This document shows positions 24,506 to 38,289 of a stretch of 64,000 bases of DNA, one piece after another. The notes below the pieces were generated by a model that saw only the letters and a list, made by a program, of their open reading frames with translations, ran no database searches and was not told where the DNA came from. The DNA lies in assembly GCA_015680685.1 (NCBI GenBank), contig MNCI01000986.1, positions 293,648-357,647 on the forward strand, in the 5' to 3' direction. A program made the position numbers and the translations under genes. How positions within the stretch are numbered: position 1 is the first letter of the stretch; every line of letters starts with the position of its first letter. Source of the DNA: Gnetum montanum (Eukaryota; Plantae; Gnetophyta).

Positions 24506-27500
24506 ATGTCTTCTTCTCATAGGGATGAATCTCCACCATTGTTTAAGCATACATCTAATCAACAAAGGCATGAAGGGTCAAAATTGCTAATGCCCCAACA
24601 ATGTAGAGTGATCTATACTCATCCTGATGAGTATGTGCCAAACCTCACCTTCATTCTACATTAGGATGAATAGTTGTAGTAGAGGAACATGGAGGGCAAC
24701 ATTATGTTGATGCTCGATTGATTAGTTCCTACGATGTTGCTTTAAACTATCATGAAATTGGTTATCTAGGGGCTCAATGCTAAATATGTTATGTAGGACC
24801 ACCACTATCAAGATTATAATCCCATTGAGGCACAACATAAGAAAGATCATCAACAGGAGATGCATTACAAAGCATCGAAGGGGAAATGGTTCATAAACCC
24901 CTTATTTCTGCTAATTTAGAAGGAAGGAGAGGATCCCTTTTCTAAGGGACCTCAATTCACGAAATCTCCTCCCCTTTTCTTTGATGAGGGGACCCTTACC
25001 TGAAACTTACAATCCACCATAAATAATCCTAGTTTAGGGAAGAATAGGTCCATGACCATTGGGGCTCCAAAGGTGGGAGTCAAGCTAGGAACGTGGACAA
25101 GTATCACGATGATGAAAAGAATTATGATCATGGCCATGACTAGAAAAGCGGGGTTAGTAGACACTATGTTGGTGATGACTCTCCTTCCTCTTCACCTTCA
25201 ACATTCTCATCTTCTTCCTCCTCTAGCTTTGACCAAAGTTGCAAAAGATGTGACCATGATGGAGGTGACCAATGAGATAGAGATGATTGTAGGGCCCATT
25301 GAACTAGTAGAGATCAAGGGCATGGATAATCAAGGAAGGCCCACCACTACAAAAGAAGGAACAATAGAGGAAATCATAGGCATCATGGTCATCACAAAGA
25401 CTATGACTAGGATGGGCCTTTGCTTGCAACCATAAATATGTTGAATATTACAGAGGTTGTGAGAATTTTGATGATGCATCTAAAAGATAGAAAAATTAAA
25501 AGGTTGCATATAAAAAATATCCTCAAGTTCAAAGGGGAATACAACTTAGATCCATAAAATCATCTTTGAGCCTTTCATGATGTCTATGCATTATAGAACA
25601 TTGAAAATGAATGGAAAAAGCTAAAGCTATTCCAACAAACAATCATTAAGGAGGTTAAAAGCTGGTACTAGTCCTTAAAAACCTAATTAATCAAATGATG
25701 GAGTATGATGCTTGAACTCTTTAACAAAAATATCAGACATACTCTTGAGTGTCCAATCTCAAGAAGCAAATCCCAAGGGTGGGGACAAGGAACACATGAA
25801 TCCTTGGATGCAGCCATGAACAAATATTACTCTCTATTGCATAGGTGGCTAGGCCATAGCTTTTGTCAAAGGGAGCAACTTTTTCATATCATAGGTGGAC
25901 TCTAAACATAAATGAGGAGGACTCTTGGGGTTATGCTCAAGGGAGAATTTGAAATCTTAGAGCCCATCAAATCCAAATGCTGATTGAACAAGTAGCTAAA
26001 CAAGAAGGTGAGTTGTAGAAAAAGAAAAGTGTATAGGAGTATAACTGGGACCCTTCCATCCAAAAAAGGGAAGTCTAGTTCTATGACAATGAGGAGGAGG
26101 CACCACTTGATGAAATGGTGTATCATAAAACCTTGCTGATCCAAAAATCTATTTTTGAAATATTATCCAAGGTAAACAAAATGTGGGATTCTTTAGAAAA
26201 GAAGTTGCAAATTACCCTTAGAATTACAGAAGAGTCCAAAGAGCAAGGTAGTAGCTATGACTAAGGAGAATGTAAGAGGCTAAATGTGCCTATCAAAGGG
26301 GTAAGGGCAAAGCTGCTGCTGTTGAAGAGGCTACAAAATCTGAGACAAATGATGATGGTGGGTGTGACATATGCTAATATGAACATCCTAAGGGATGTTG
26401 TCCCATTGTGTCACACTTGTAGGAGTTTGGGGTGTATGCGCTAAATCTCAAATTGGTAAAAAGGAAACCACCTAGGAGGTTGCCTTATCCTTAAGGAAAC
26501 TATAGGTAGTTCCACCAACAATAAGCCTACTATTTGAGTGGAGCTCCACCCCAACCTCATGAGTAATGCAAGTAGTGGTAGCACCCATAGTCATGGGGAA
26601 TGCTACCGCTAAGGTAGTAGTACCTTTACCAGTAGCCAGATTCCTATGTGTTCTATGTTTAGCAACCAATTTCTCTATGTGACTCTTACATTCATGCCTC
26701 CTTTCAACACCATTACTACCCTCCTAAATATTATAGATCTTAATCTTCAAGAGGGGAATCACCATTTCCATTGTACCCTTCTCATCCTTCCGTACTTGTA
26801 CCTCTACCCTCAACTCAATTGCCATCAGTTCCATCCATGCAAGGAAAAATTCCTACCCAACTATAGCAAAGAAATGTCATGAGGGCTGTTGACTTACAAT
26901 CGACTTCTTAGCCAAGTTTCTTGGAAAAAAACCCCAAAAGACCCTTCTTTTAAACTAGTAGTTCTTCTAAGCCCTAATAGACACCTACAACTAATGACCA
27001 TGCTTCTCCCTCATCCTTTGCAACCTCATTCAATGTCCCATCAAACCAAATGCCTCTCAAAGTACGTATTATGATGTTGATCCATGTGGTCATTGATTAG
27101 ATTAAGGGTGGTCACCTTCCCAAAAAATGATCTGATGTTAGGAATCCACTTATTTATTTGTGAATTGTTGGCAATGAGCCTTGCAAGGCTCTTTTGGACT
27201 CAAGTTTTGGTGTAAATTTGATCTCCCATGAAATGTACAAAGCTTGGAACCTACCTCCACTTATGAAGAGAAACATTCATCTTAAGTTGGCAGATTAATC
27301 CATCACTGTTCTCATGGGATTGGTGGAGGATATTATAACCACTGTTTGTAAGTGGTCCTATCTTGCTGACTTCTTGGTGATTCATGTTGATAATTGTAAG
27401 GGGGACTTCCCAATCATCATGGGAAGGGCTTGGTTGAGCATCATAGATGCATGGCTTGGAATCTGAGACCTCTCCTTGAAAATTTCCAAGAAAATGAATT

Positions 27501-27800
27501 TGGAAAGATTGAGAGGAAGTGCATTTCATGCATTATGTTTAGTGACATCAGGTGTAATTGTGTGTAAAAATTATGGACCTTAAAAGGAGCATCTATCACA
27601 ACATGTAGATAGTGTGCCGATGTGACAGAAATTCAAAGGTGCTTATATGTAGTAGCCACAAAATAAGAGGGTACCTAGTGGCTCATTGCTAAACCTGATA
27701 GTAGCTCAAGCATATGCATGAAACTAACTAAGAGCCTTAAGAGTGCCTATAGTAAAGGCATGGATGAACTACAATGGATTGCATTAATCAACATATCTAG
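24506..27800 (+). pseudogene. Athila gag-protease pseudogene
   Basis: KFKGEYNLDP*NHL*AFHD, WKKLKLF, knuckle, and aspartic protease ALLDS..VNL plus PIIMGRAWL; homologous to 52250-53360 (minus strand). Confidence 0.8.
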
Positions 27801-30800
27801 ATATCTACATCACAAACCTTTGTATATTATATCAAGAATGGTAAATTTTCTCTACTACACAAGTGATGGACTCACACAATGTATCCTTAAAGAAAATGTA
27901 GATGCTATGTAGCCAAAGCAACATCCATAGTTTGAAGCTTTAATCTCATAATAGCACTTGGCCCAATGCAAAGACAATTTGTAATGATTGCAAAGAATAT
28001 AAAGGTAGAAAAATTTAGTAAAATGGGAGAGGGCAAGGAATCCTAAAGTTCAATTTTGCTATTACACTAAGGAGGTTTATATAGGATTGGAAGTGTGCTA
28101 TTAATGGCCAAGATAAGGTCTAATAAATATTTGGCCCTATAAAAAATTTGGACATGGAAAATAGGATTAACATATATTTAACATAAAAATAGAGGTCACA
28201 AGCTTCTATATGCTTTAAACCATGTTTGAAAATTTAACCACATGAGAAAGATATGATTGTTCCAAGTTTTCTTTTATTATGGGTCTTAAAATTTCAAATT
28301 GATAATAAAACTTAAAATAGCATAACAAAGGAGCTTTGACCATGTGGTGAGATGAGAGGAGAGAAGAGATAAGGACTTCTTATTAAATCATGGTATCAAA
28401 TCTAAACCTTTAAAAATAGTTTTGGCTTTATTTTTTTTTACCCTGCAACATTACAATTCCAACCATCATAAAATATCATTAAAATTTCAACCCTTAAAAA
28501 TTCTAATTAGAATGTTGCAATGATGACTTAATCCTTGACTTAGTAAGATGTTAATGCTGACATGGTAGTGCTAGATACTAATGTGACAAGTACTACACAT
28601 GGCAAGTGAGACCTACTTGATAATGTGGTAATGACATCATCATGTTGACTAATTGATGTGGCACTTTAACTTGATGTGGTGTTGACATAATCAATTTGAT
28701 CACTATTGACTTATTATCCATATTTGACCAAAACTTTAACCCACCATATTTCTCTCATTTAGGTTTCATTTCTAGCAAATAAGGGATCATTTGTGAAGTT
28801 TCTAAATGTTCTAAACATAATGGTGAAATCAAATTCTTCATCTAAGATCATCTTAAATCATTTATAAAATTTCACGATAATCTAAATGCTTCCAAAAATA
28901 ATTAATAATGCCACTTTAATAATGAAATATAGAAATCACTATTACTTATTTGCAATATTCTTAGTAGCAATAAAATATATAAATTTAGTTATTAGAAATA
29001 CATAAAATATACACGTAAAATATGCTAAAAATGATATAACTCAACTAACATTTTGCCTATTCCATGGTACAATAATGCAAAAATAATAAATCATCTCAAT
29101 TTATTATTTCCAATAAAAAATAATTTTTAATCACTAACTTCTTTTCCTATGACAAGATTGTCCATTTATATCTTTTTTTGAAAAAAGTTACTTTGGTATG
29201 TACCCCATAGTAACTAAAATACCCTTACAAGGTTTACATCGTCCTTACTAATATGACTTACAAACTCAAAGTATTAATCCCCTCTTCCTAAGTTTTAATG
29301 ATTTGAGGTACATATTAGCTTTGACTCATTTCTTAACTTGATTTTTAGTATCATCCTTATTAGTCATAACTATTAGTCTTCACACTAGGAGTTTTATTTA
29401 AGTTTAAACTTAATTTAAGATATTTTAATTAAGGATGTAAGGAAACTAAAGTTCTTGAACGAAAACTTTACCTTTATTTAACCTGAATTATCATTTTCCT
29501 CATTGCTTCTAGCCTCAAAACAAGCTTTGTAGGTAAAAAGAACTAAAATGATAATTTATTTAACTATGAGCATTAATATCTACTAGTATCCATAATATAA
29601 GCATATACTATATAATGGTCATTAGAGGCTCAATTCTCATCTCATCAAGGTTGGGTCCTTAGAGAGGTAGTGAACTCCATCACTCTAAGTAGTTATTGTT
29701 CCTACAATTTTTTCTTCCTAACTTTACAATCACACCTTCATGAATTAAGCATTAAAGTACTTAATCCATAGTCACAACCGGTCTTTGATTTGACTTGACC
29801 TTCATTAAGCCAATGATAATGACATGATGAAGCATAAATATCCAATGAAATGTAGACTTGGCCTAGTGCATGTGAACCAGAAATAATAAAGGAATGATAA
29901 AAATGTTGGAGTTAAATGATAAAATTGACTAAGATTTTATTGTTGAAAATAAAACTAATTATGAAAGATGAACTATGTGAAATGAAATAGAATCCAAGTA
30001 TAAAAAGGTGAATAAAAGAACATAAAACATTAAAATATAGGGAGTTATGATGTGAGGAAAAGGATTTTAGTTTTGTTCCCAAAAAAATTAGAAAAATGCA
30101 TTATTACTAGAATAGAAGTCTCCATCTTTTATGGAGGTCCAAATTGCAAGTGTAGTTGAAAAACGTAACTGAAATAAAACTTTTAATAAGAGCCCAATTT
30201 GTGAGTAAAATGTGGGTTTGGAGAGTGAAATCAAAGCTTTGGAGGATGGATATATGGATGGAGAAGTTGTGAATGCTTTCCAGAATCAATCTAAGTTTAA
30301 AATAGGGCTATTTTAACTAAGTGTGCCAAGAATGATGCTAGAGCTAAAAAACTTCTCTTGGGAGACTTACATATAAATATGGACAAAATTCTCTAAGTAT
30401 GGGATGTTAATACTGGTGTTGCTTCACTAATGGTAATGCTATGTTAGTATAAGTACTGGAGCCATAGAAGGTATCATGATGATCATGAAGTACATAGAAG
30501 ATGCTAGGATGTCTACTAGTCATGCTTTTAATCTACTAAATCTCAAAAAGCACTCTCAATCTCAACAAAATGGTCTTGAATTTAATTTTTAATGTAGTAT
30601 TTATAGGGCTAGGGTCTTCAAATTCAACCTCGAAGTTAAGTGTAGTTAACCCAAAGTTTGTTTTTAGAATCTAGAAGTTAAAGGACATATTGATGACACT
30701 AAGAAAAATAACTCTAGTGCCAATGCTCACACTCAAATCAATGTTAACATTACCAAGGACTTCAAAAAATTTTCCAAAATTTTCCAAACTACTTTCCAAG

Positions 30801-30810
30801 TCTTCATGAT

Positions 30811-31725
30811 TGATGAGTGGCGAATAGACCTTACACCGAACCATACAAATTAGTAAGTGTTCACATGCGATCTAGTCAAATTCCATGGACTTATAGCCTT
30901 CTGAGTACATTGGTTTCTAAGAAGTGAAACTAACTATTTTAATTGTTTTCTTCTCAATTACACTTGTGAAATGCAAAGGTATGGTTAAGTGCAACTAAGG
31001 CATATGATTTTTATTATTTTTATGTTTTATGTTTTAAGTTGTATAAGGGTAAAGAATAATGCATAAAATAAAATAATTAGATCGATAACTGAATTTAACT
31101 TGCTACACCTAACTAATTCTAACATAAGCATCCATTCTCACTTGATATACACATCTTGAACACATTTAACACTAGCAAGTTACCAAATGTTAAGTGTTAC
31201 TTGGATCACCAAGCACTAAGCATATGTTCAAAGTGGTCGTACTTATGTGCTTCATTAACTGGTATTTAATCTAGCTTGATTTAGCTTAATTATTTAAAGA
31301 ATTAAAGGAAATTACATAAAACATTAAATGCATAAATAAACAATTAATCTATTTGAAAGTGATGTAAGGTTTATTAGAAAGCTCGTCTTTATTGCCACAC
31401 ACACTATCATGCTAAGGTATAATAGTGATCGAATAAAGATTCGTACACTCTTTAACTCCTACTGTAGACACTTAAAAAAATTATTTTAACTTTCAAGCAA
31501 GAAAACTACAAGAGATCTACTACAATATGACCAAAGATGCCATAAACATGATCGGTGAGCATGTATTTATAGGTGAAAATAGACATTGCATTGACAAGGC
31601 CATGTCAACAAATCAAATCCCATGTTAAGGTAGGCATGGTGATGGGGTCATGTCAATGGGGTTGTGTCCATAGGGCCACATCAATGAGGCCTCATCGACA
31701 GGACCCAAGAAAACATGATTCATCA
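30811..31725 (-). repeat. 3' LTR of Athila-like element 3
   Basis: Family-typical termini, TATA reverse complement (TATTTATA, ~31564) and U3 palindrome array. Confidence 0.85.
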
Positions 31726-31978
31726 TACCCTCATGATTGAATAAAAACTAGTCCTCAAGTGAACAAAGGAGGAACCAATTTCTTCAAAAATTTTGGGAAG
31801 GTATGGGATTATTGACTAACTATTAACATTCACAAACACAAACACAAACAAATAGTAAGTTCCCAAGTGTATATATTTATAATCATTACAAAATTTTGGT
31901 ATTTAGGACAACAAAATTAAACACCAAAACAAAAATTACAAATACAATTCCTCTGATGGTGTGAAACTAAGGAAGAAA

Positions 31979-34582
31979 TTAAAATGGTCCTAGACAGTGG
32001 AGGTTCTTGAGACTTTGAAGGAACTTCTCCTACTTCAAGCGCATGTGGTGGCTGAGGTGGTTGTGGCTATCTTGAGGCAGTTGCAACTTCTTGGGAAAGA
32101 TGGAAGGCATCCAATAGTACTTTCATCTTCTCCTTCTTACTTTTGGTATCATTCACAGTCCACACCACCTTGCAAATGTGGACTAGTGTGGGAACATCCC
32201 AAGGATAGGGCATTATCGGTAATAGCTCCTTCACATTAATGAACTAAATAGCAAAACATTTTCGTTCAACATTAAACACCTTGACTACATTCTTCAACTT
32301 TTAGTAGTCACTCATTCTCTTCGTTAGGTTCTCGGCTGTAGACCATTGATCGGTGAAGCACTACCTAATTACATTGAGTCTTTAATTTTCCACCTTAAGC
32401 TTCTACTTAGTGTCTTTGTGATGCTTGAACTCAGCTTTGTATAGTAAGTACGAACTAGCCACCTATTTCTCTAATTCAAACTACAACTATTTGATAGTTA
32501 GCATTGCTAGATTTGCATAGCAGAGATTGGCAAGCTCCATGAACTCTATCATGTCCTTGATTTGCCTCTCTTTCATGTAGATCTCCACCTTGTTGTAGTC
32601 ATTGAGCGCATCAAAAATAGGCTACCAGACATCACCTCCTTCCTTGAGTTATTGGAGGGCCTCATTAACTTTCACCTTCACTATCTAAATATGTTTTTCA
32701 TTGATTTATTTTTGTAGACCAATTTGATCTTTGTAGTGAATTTTAACTCTCTTAAATTTGAGAGCCTCATTTTTCTAGGTGGCCACCTCTATTATAGATT
32801 TTTTGACAAAGGGCCCAAACTTCCTCAATGGAGAGATTTATATTTTTGGTTGCCAATCTCCTTAGTTCAGTGTTTAGTCTAGCTAACTACTTCTGCTATT
32901 GATGGATGAAATCTTGCATTTGCTACTTTTGCACATCAACATTCCATAGGTAGTGATTTTCTATGATCATAGTAACCTTCTTCTAGTGAATTTGATTCAA
33001 GGTCTTTTGGATATTATGCATGGTAACATTGGCCAAGGATTGATCAACGATTGTTGTCTCCTTCACATTCTCAACCTTCTTAAGCTTTTCCTAAAGCTAT
33101 TAAAAAGCTTCATCACAAGTCAGTGTAGGGCTAAGAAATGCCAAATCAGCAAAGTGGGCCCTTAGTTTTGCTACCTCTATAGCCAAGCATTGGTTTTGAG
33201 CCTAGGCTATTTTGAGTTGCTCTTCCATGCTAATGCATTTTCCCTTTGCTTCCAATAGGTTTGACTAGGTTGTAGTGACTGTATCTGAAAGATCAAAGAC
33301 ATCTAAAATCAATTTCCTGATTCCCACTAGTTAGTCTAGTAACTCCTCATGTTGCGCTATGTTCAATTTACTGCTAACTATTCCTGTGGATGTCTGCACA
33401 TCTCTTAGTGTTGAACCATTTGGTATAGACACCATAGGTGTGTTTAATGCTTTGGTAATTCTATCAACAACCACCTCTACTACTGTCTCCTATCCATGGT
33501 GCTACATCACCAAGACAGTTGCTCCCTCACCCCCTCCAAGAGCACCGAGAAAGTAATGACATTCCTAGAGACTTCTAGAAATTGTTGTTGTTGTGAGAGA
33601 GAGATTGTTACCTCTTAAGTGCTAGGATTCGATCTTGTGGGCAGCTGCATTCTTTGAGTTGAGAAGATTAGCACACATCCTTCCATATAGCTAATGGTTT
33701 GAGCTAGTTCATTGAGGTGCCATTTTGCATAGTTTTCTAATGAGGTAAGGAAAGGGCAAGGCCTTTCTTCCATGTTTTTTTTTCCATAAGTCGCTTCTGT
33801 GTCTCCAAAAAGATTAGTTGTGGAAGATTCACAGGGAATTTCCCATTGAAAGTACCACATGCATGGGCAGAAAAGGCAATCACCTTACTAAACCTCATCG
33901 TTGGATTAAGATGATAGGTTCCTATCTTGAAATATACATGCTTCACTAGGGTGAGTGCACCATAGTCCTTGTAGTCTAGTCCATAACATCACTAGGTCTA
34001 CTCCTTCTTTGCCTCTAGGTCTACTTGTGTGAAGATCTCTATCAAATCTATTCCAATATTAGGGAAATCAAGGACCTGTGCAATATCCTCCACTGAGTAG
34101 GATACCTAAATCTCCTTGATCTTCACAGTGGCTCTTGCCTTCCTACCATTTTAGAAGAAATATGTCTCTTCCATGTACCATTCTCCATTGGAAGTGATGA
34201 TTGGCCACATGGGAGAGTTCTACAATGGTGCTTTGACTTTTGGTGGAGCATGTTCTAGGAATGATCCAAAGCTCAATTCTTAGAGAACTAAATGTTGGAT
34301 ATTACAAGGCTTGATCTGATCTAGGTAGGCTTGAGTTAATGTGACCTCAAGTCTTCGCACTGGTCCTGGTGCCTCATCCCAATGGGATTGTTTAATTATG
34401 GCCACTTTCTTGGGAATCCATTGGACAAATTCCACTTTAGGCTACTCCCAAAGATGTCTTGTTACATGAGTTTTTGGTGCTTGTTCTTGAGCTTGTTCTT
34501 GTTGCTCTCTTCTAACTCTAGGTTGTTTGTCCCTTGGTTGAAATAGTCCTCCTTCCTACATGTGTATTGTTCTAGGTGCCAC
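31979..34582 (-). pseudogene. Athila ORF2 ('env-like' accessory ORF): conserved N-terminal domain, long coiled-coil region and C-terminal PYPWDVP motif
   Basis: SPMWPIITSNGEWYMEETYFF*N, YFKIGTYHLNPT and MPYPWDVP are shared with 45440-47014 and 60042-62790. It occupies the slot just upstream of the PPT and 3' LTR. Confidence 0.75.
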
Positions 34583-35740
34583 ATGTAATCACAACATGAC
34601 CAAGGATTAGCACTTATTGTGTAACTTGAAATACTTGGAATACCTTATCTCTTAGGGTAGTTACACTTAGAAAAGTTGTGATCATGGTAGATTTGATTAT
34701 TTTAATATTATTTTATTATTATTTGATTAGATAGATTATTGCAGTGTGTTGGAAGGGTTTAACTCTCATAGGTTGATGATTTAATATTATTTTATTCATT
34801 AAACCCATGGGAGAGTTAGAAAAGTTCCATTTTTTTTTTCCAAAAACCTAAGGTTTGTCATCCCTGTGACATAAAGAATACCTTCGAAAGCTACAAGACT
34901 GAGGAACAAAGTGAATTGAACAAACAATTTAAAAGTTATGGGCTCTGGAAGATTTTAAACTTTGCAAAATTGTAATAACTTCCCTTAAATTTGAAGAAAA
35001 TGATAAAAAATTCCTAAGTGGTGGGCACTATATATAGAATTTTTTCCATGCATTGACTAGGCCTCATTGATGGGGCCTAGTTGATGTGGTTAGTTACATT
35101 AACTGGGCTTAGTTAACACAGATACTGATCCCTATTGACCAAGTAAAAATTAAAAAAAAAAATACAAAGAGCTTTTGAATGAGATTGGAAAAGTCCAAAA
35201 AGCCATGAACACAATGAGATACATGAAGAGGGCTTGAAATTTGATAAAATATGGACAATGATTGGAGAAATGCCTTAAGGAGTACATAGTTGGATGTAAC
35301 TGATGGGGTATACAAAAGATTTGATTGTCAAAATGTTCCTGGATAAGGGACTTAACTAGTCCAACCAAGAGCTATACAAGTGGATCCTCCCCATAGTAGG
35401 CTTATCCCCTTTTTTTGACCTTACATAGCCTCAACTAAGGAGTCCATGGGTCCCATAGTTGATTAATGGTTATGAAAAGTTAAGGACCAAATCTGAAAGA
35501 ATCTACTTAAGAATTTTAGCACATCAAACTAAGACATTGAACAAAAACATGAAAATCAGTAGTGAGGTGAGTTATGAAAAGCATTGATAGATGAGATAGA
35601 GATTGAAATGGATTTCCCAATCATGGTTGCATGAAGTCCCTTATGAATTTCATGGTTAAATGACCTGATCAAGTTCATCCTTAGTCTAGATCAAAACCAA
35701 CCAATTTTGATGACTTTGCATCATCACTCTAGGACCAGTT

Positions 35741-37423
35741 TGAAACACCACAAAATTTGGGTTATTGCTTCTTGACTACAAATTTGGGACTATGTTCTTC
35801 ACTACACCAAAGTGTAGTCAACATAGTGGAGAGTGTAGTTAGCTTCAAAGACTAATTTTTGTAATTTTTCTTAAGTGTTAGTATGAAGTAAGAAGCTGCA
35901 AATTTTTTTAAGTGTTGGGACTATGCTCTTCACTACATCAAAGCATATTCAACTAAGTAGAGAGCGTAGTCAACACTAAAAGCCATTTTACAAATTTTTC
36001 TAAGTATCAAGCCAGCAACTGCAAAATGTGGTGGACATGGAAGAAATAGTTTGGAAAAAATTTTCTAACTATTGAGACTATGCTTTCCACTAGATTGGAG
36101 CGTCAAGGCTTAGTATTTTGTAGTCTTTTCTAACTATTGAGACTATGCCCTCCACTACCTTGTAGTGTAGCCAACTAGGAGTCAAATTTTGCATAAATTT
36201 TCTAACTGTTGGGACTATGCTTGACCCCAGTTGGGAGCATATTCAACCTCTCCCAGAGTGTAGTTATCACATAGTCACTTTTCTACAAAATTTGTCTAAG
36301 TGTTGGAGTACACTTTTCCCTAATCCAGAGAGTAGTTAAGCATATTCATGCAAAATAGCCTCCAAAGGCCTCCACAACATAGCATAGGCATTTAGGTCAT
36401 CTTTGACATATCTCTAGCCAGTCACATGTATCTTTTTGGCATCCCCCTTTGTCCCAAAATTGTAACTATGCTTGACACCACTCGAGACAGTGGATAGCAT
36501 AGTCCCAAAGTGTAGTCTCCAAATTTGCATTTTTGTTAGGTACATTATGGTCTTTTCAGCACACAAATGTGTAGATGGTAGCATAGTCATAGTCTGGTAG
36601 TCTTAGAGAGTCCATTGGAGCATACTAGAGCATAACACCATTTGCTTCAGTGGAGAGCATAGGTGGGTGTATCGTAGTTCAAACTGTCCCACTGCCACAT
36701 GGTAGCCAATCCACTTTTCATGAGAACCCTAGGCCTATAAATACCCTAGCCCTCAACATTTTAGGGGTTGGCAAATTTGAAGGTTGGCAAATCTAAAACG
36801 AGCTTGACATTTTTGGCATTTTTAGTTAGCATCTCTAGCATTTTGACACTTTGGCATCTCAGCAAGGCAAGATGTTTGAACATCATCATATCTCATTATA
36901 GGACACTACAAACTATTGTAGTCCATTACACACCATGGCAGCCAACCCAATAGGCATAAACATCATAGAAAAATGTCAATTTCATGGCTTAGACATCCTA
37001 AGACTATGACTATGCTATCCATTGCACTTACTATACACCGTAGACCTTCTCAGCCCTCTTGAGGTTAATGACACTTAACCTTGTTTGGGGTGGTGTTGCT
37101 TTCTTTCTTGCTCTCTCCCCCATACATTTTTAACATTTTTACTCAAATTTTGGCATTTTACTTATATTTTTGTTTGTTTTCACACACCGCCATGCATTGA
37201 CACCTTCATTTTGCATTAAAAACCTTGACTACGCTCACTCTCATTAACACTATGAACACTATATAAACACTTAGCACCATTTTGACATCTCATTTTGTAA
37301 GTCTTTATTCAATCGGTAAGACTGCTATGGGCACCCCTGTCTCACATGGATGTGGGGTCAAAGCTATGAGCTTGTGAACCTCTCGGTGTTCCATTCTAGC
37401 CATCGAGGTTTTCGGTCACTATA
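35741..37423 (+). repeat. 5' LTR of the Tat-like element, with an internal array of GACTAYGC..GYGTAGTC units
   Basis: Begins where Athila homology breaks and ends before the PBS; repeated GGGACTATGCT units at ~35785, 35915, 36075, 36140, 36210 and 36465. Confidence 0.7.
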
Positions 37424-37682
37424 ATTTTTTGGTGCTAGAAGGTGGGCTAGATCTATTTCCCTCTTTCAAAATTATGTTGGTTGTTGTCTCGTGTGCTCTT
37501 TATGTCACTATTGCTAGCTTTGGGCTAGTATAGATCGAACACCCCTGTGGACCTGCCACATGCAATAGTAGCTAGATCTTAGGCCAGTGCAGGTGTTGTC
37601 TACAAACTGGTGGGTGTAGACTGGACCTCATTGTTAGATTCCATAGAAGCCTGTGTCACAACTCCAAAATACATATTCCTAT

Positions 37683-37905
37683 ACTTAGCTAAATTTTTGG
37701 CTCTTAGTAGAGAGTGTAGTTATCTCTCAGCGTAGAGAGCATAGTCTCTAGACTTAGCCATTTTTCTATGATTTTTAAACTTAGCCATTTTCTCCAGGGT
37801 TAGTCAATTTTTTGCAGTTTTTAGACTTAGCCATTTTCTGCGATTTCTAGATTTAGTCATTTTTCTACCATTTTTAGAGTTTTCCATTTTCATAGTCATT
37901 TTTCC
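37683..37905 (+). repeat. Tandem repeat of ~20-29 bp units (ACTTAGCCATTTT...) in the Tat leader
   Basis: Repeated ACTTAGCCATTTTTCT..GATTTTTAGA, about 7 degenerate copies. Confidence 0.75.
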
Positions 37906-38289
37906 TTCAATTATCACCATGAATTTCAAACAACCTTAGGCATTCGTTCCAAGCACACTCGTTGTCTTGTCTAGTCAACAAGAAAATAGGGTTGACCACC
38001 TTTCCAATCTTGCCATTGTGAAGTTTATGCAATCCCTTAGGTTGCACAACCAGGAACCTAAGTAGACAAAGCTCAACCATGAACTTTATCTACATGAAGC
38101 TTTAAGTGGGCTTATTCATAGATTGCATGGACATGAAGGCCAAGCAGGGTTACGAACTCATCCATTGAAATGGATAGGACTACATCCCTTCCTCTATTGA
38201 CTTCATCTTACTTACCAAACCCTACTAGTGGACCCTAGCCCACCTCATTCGAATAAGTGAGTGTGAGGCAGGGATGGACTATGAGGAAC

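Larger units (their letters stand above)
23538..27900 (+). mobile_element. Athila-like element 2: 5' LTR, PBS, gag and protease; 3' part lost
   Basis: LTR TGATGAAG...CTCATCA (23538-24370) with TATAAATA at ~23636; PBS TTGATGTTGTTGTCAGGGA (24371-24389); gag knuckle GCDIC*YEHPKGCCP (~26360-26405); protease KALLDSSFGVNLISHEMY (~27185-27240). Confidence 0.85.
30811..35740 (-). mobile_element. Athila-like element 3, 3' half (internal non-coding region, ORF2, PPT, 3' LTR), cut at 35740 by the Tat-like element
   Basis: LTR 30811-31725 (TGATGAG...TTCATCA) followed by the PPT reverse complement TACCCTCATGA. Region 35380-35740 is colinear with 47790-48155 until an abrupt break. Confidence 0.85.

Noticed and set aside
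28389-28403. Met-type PBS-like TGGTATCAAATC
   Set aside because: No gag-like sequence follows and no LTR end can be defined.
23538-31725. LTRs at 23538-24370 and 30811-31725 as the two ends of one element
   Set aside because: They are in opposite orientation, clearly diverged, and each has its own PBS or PPT context.
35780-36620. Repeat-spacer pattern resembling a CRISPR array
   Set aside because: The units are degenerate and irregularly spaced, lie in an LTR in eukaryotic DNA, and no cas genes are present.
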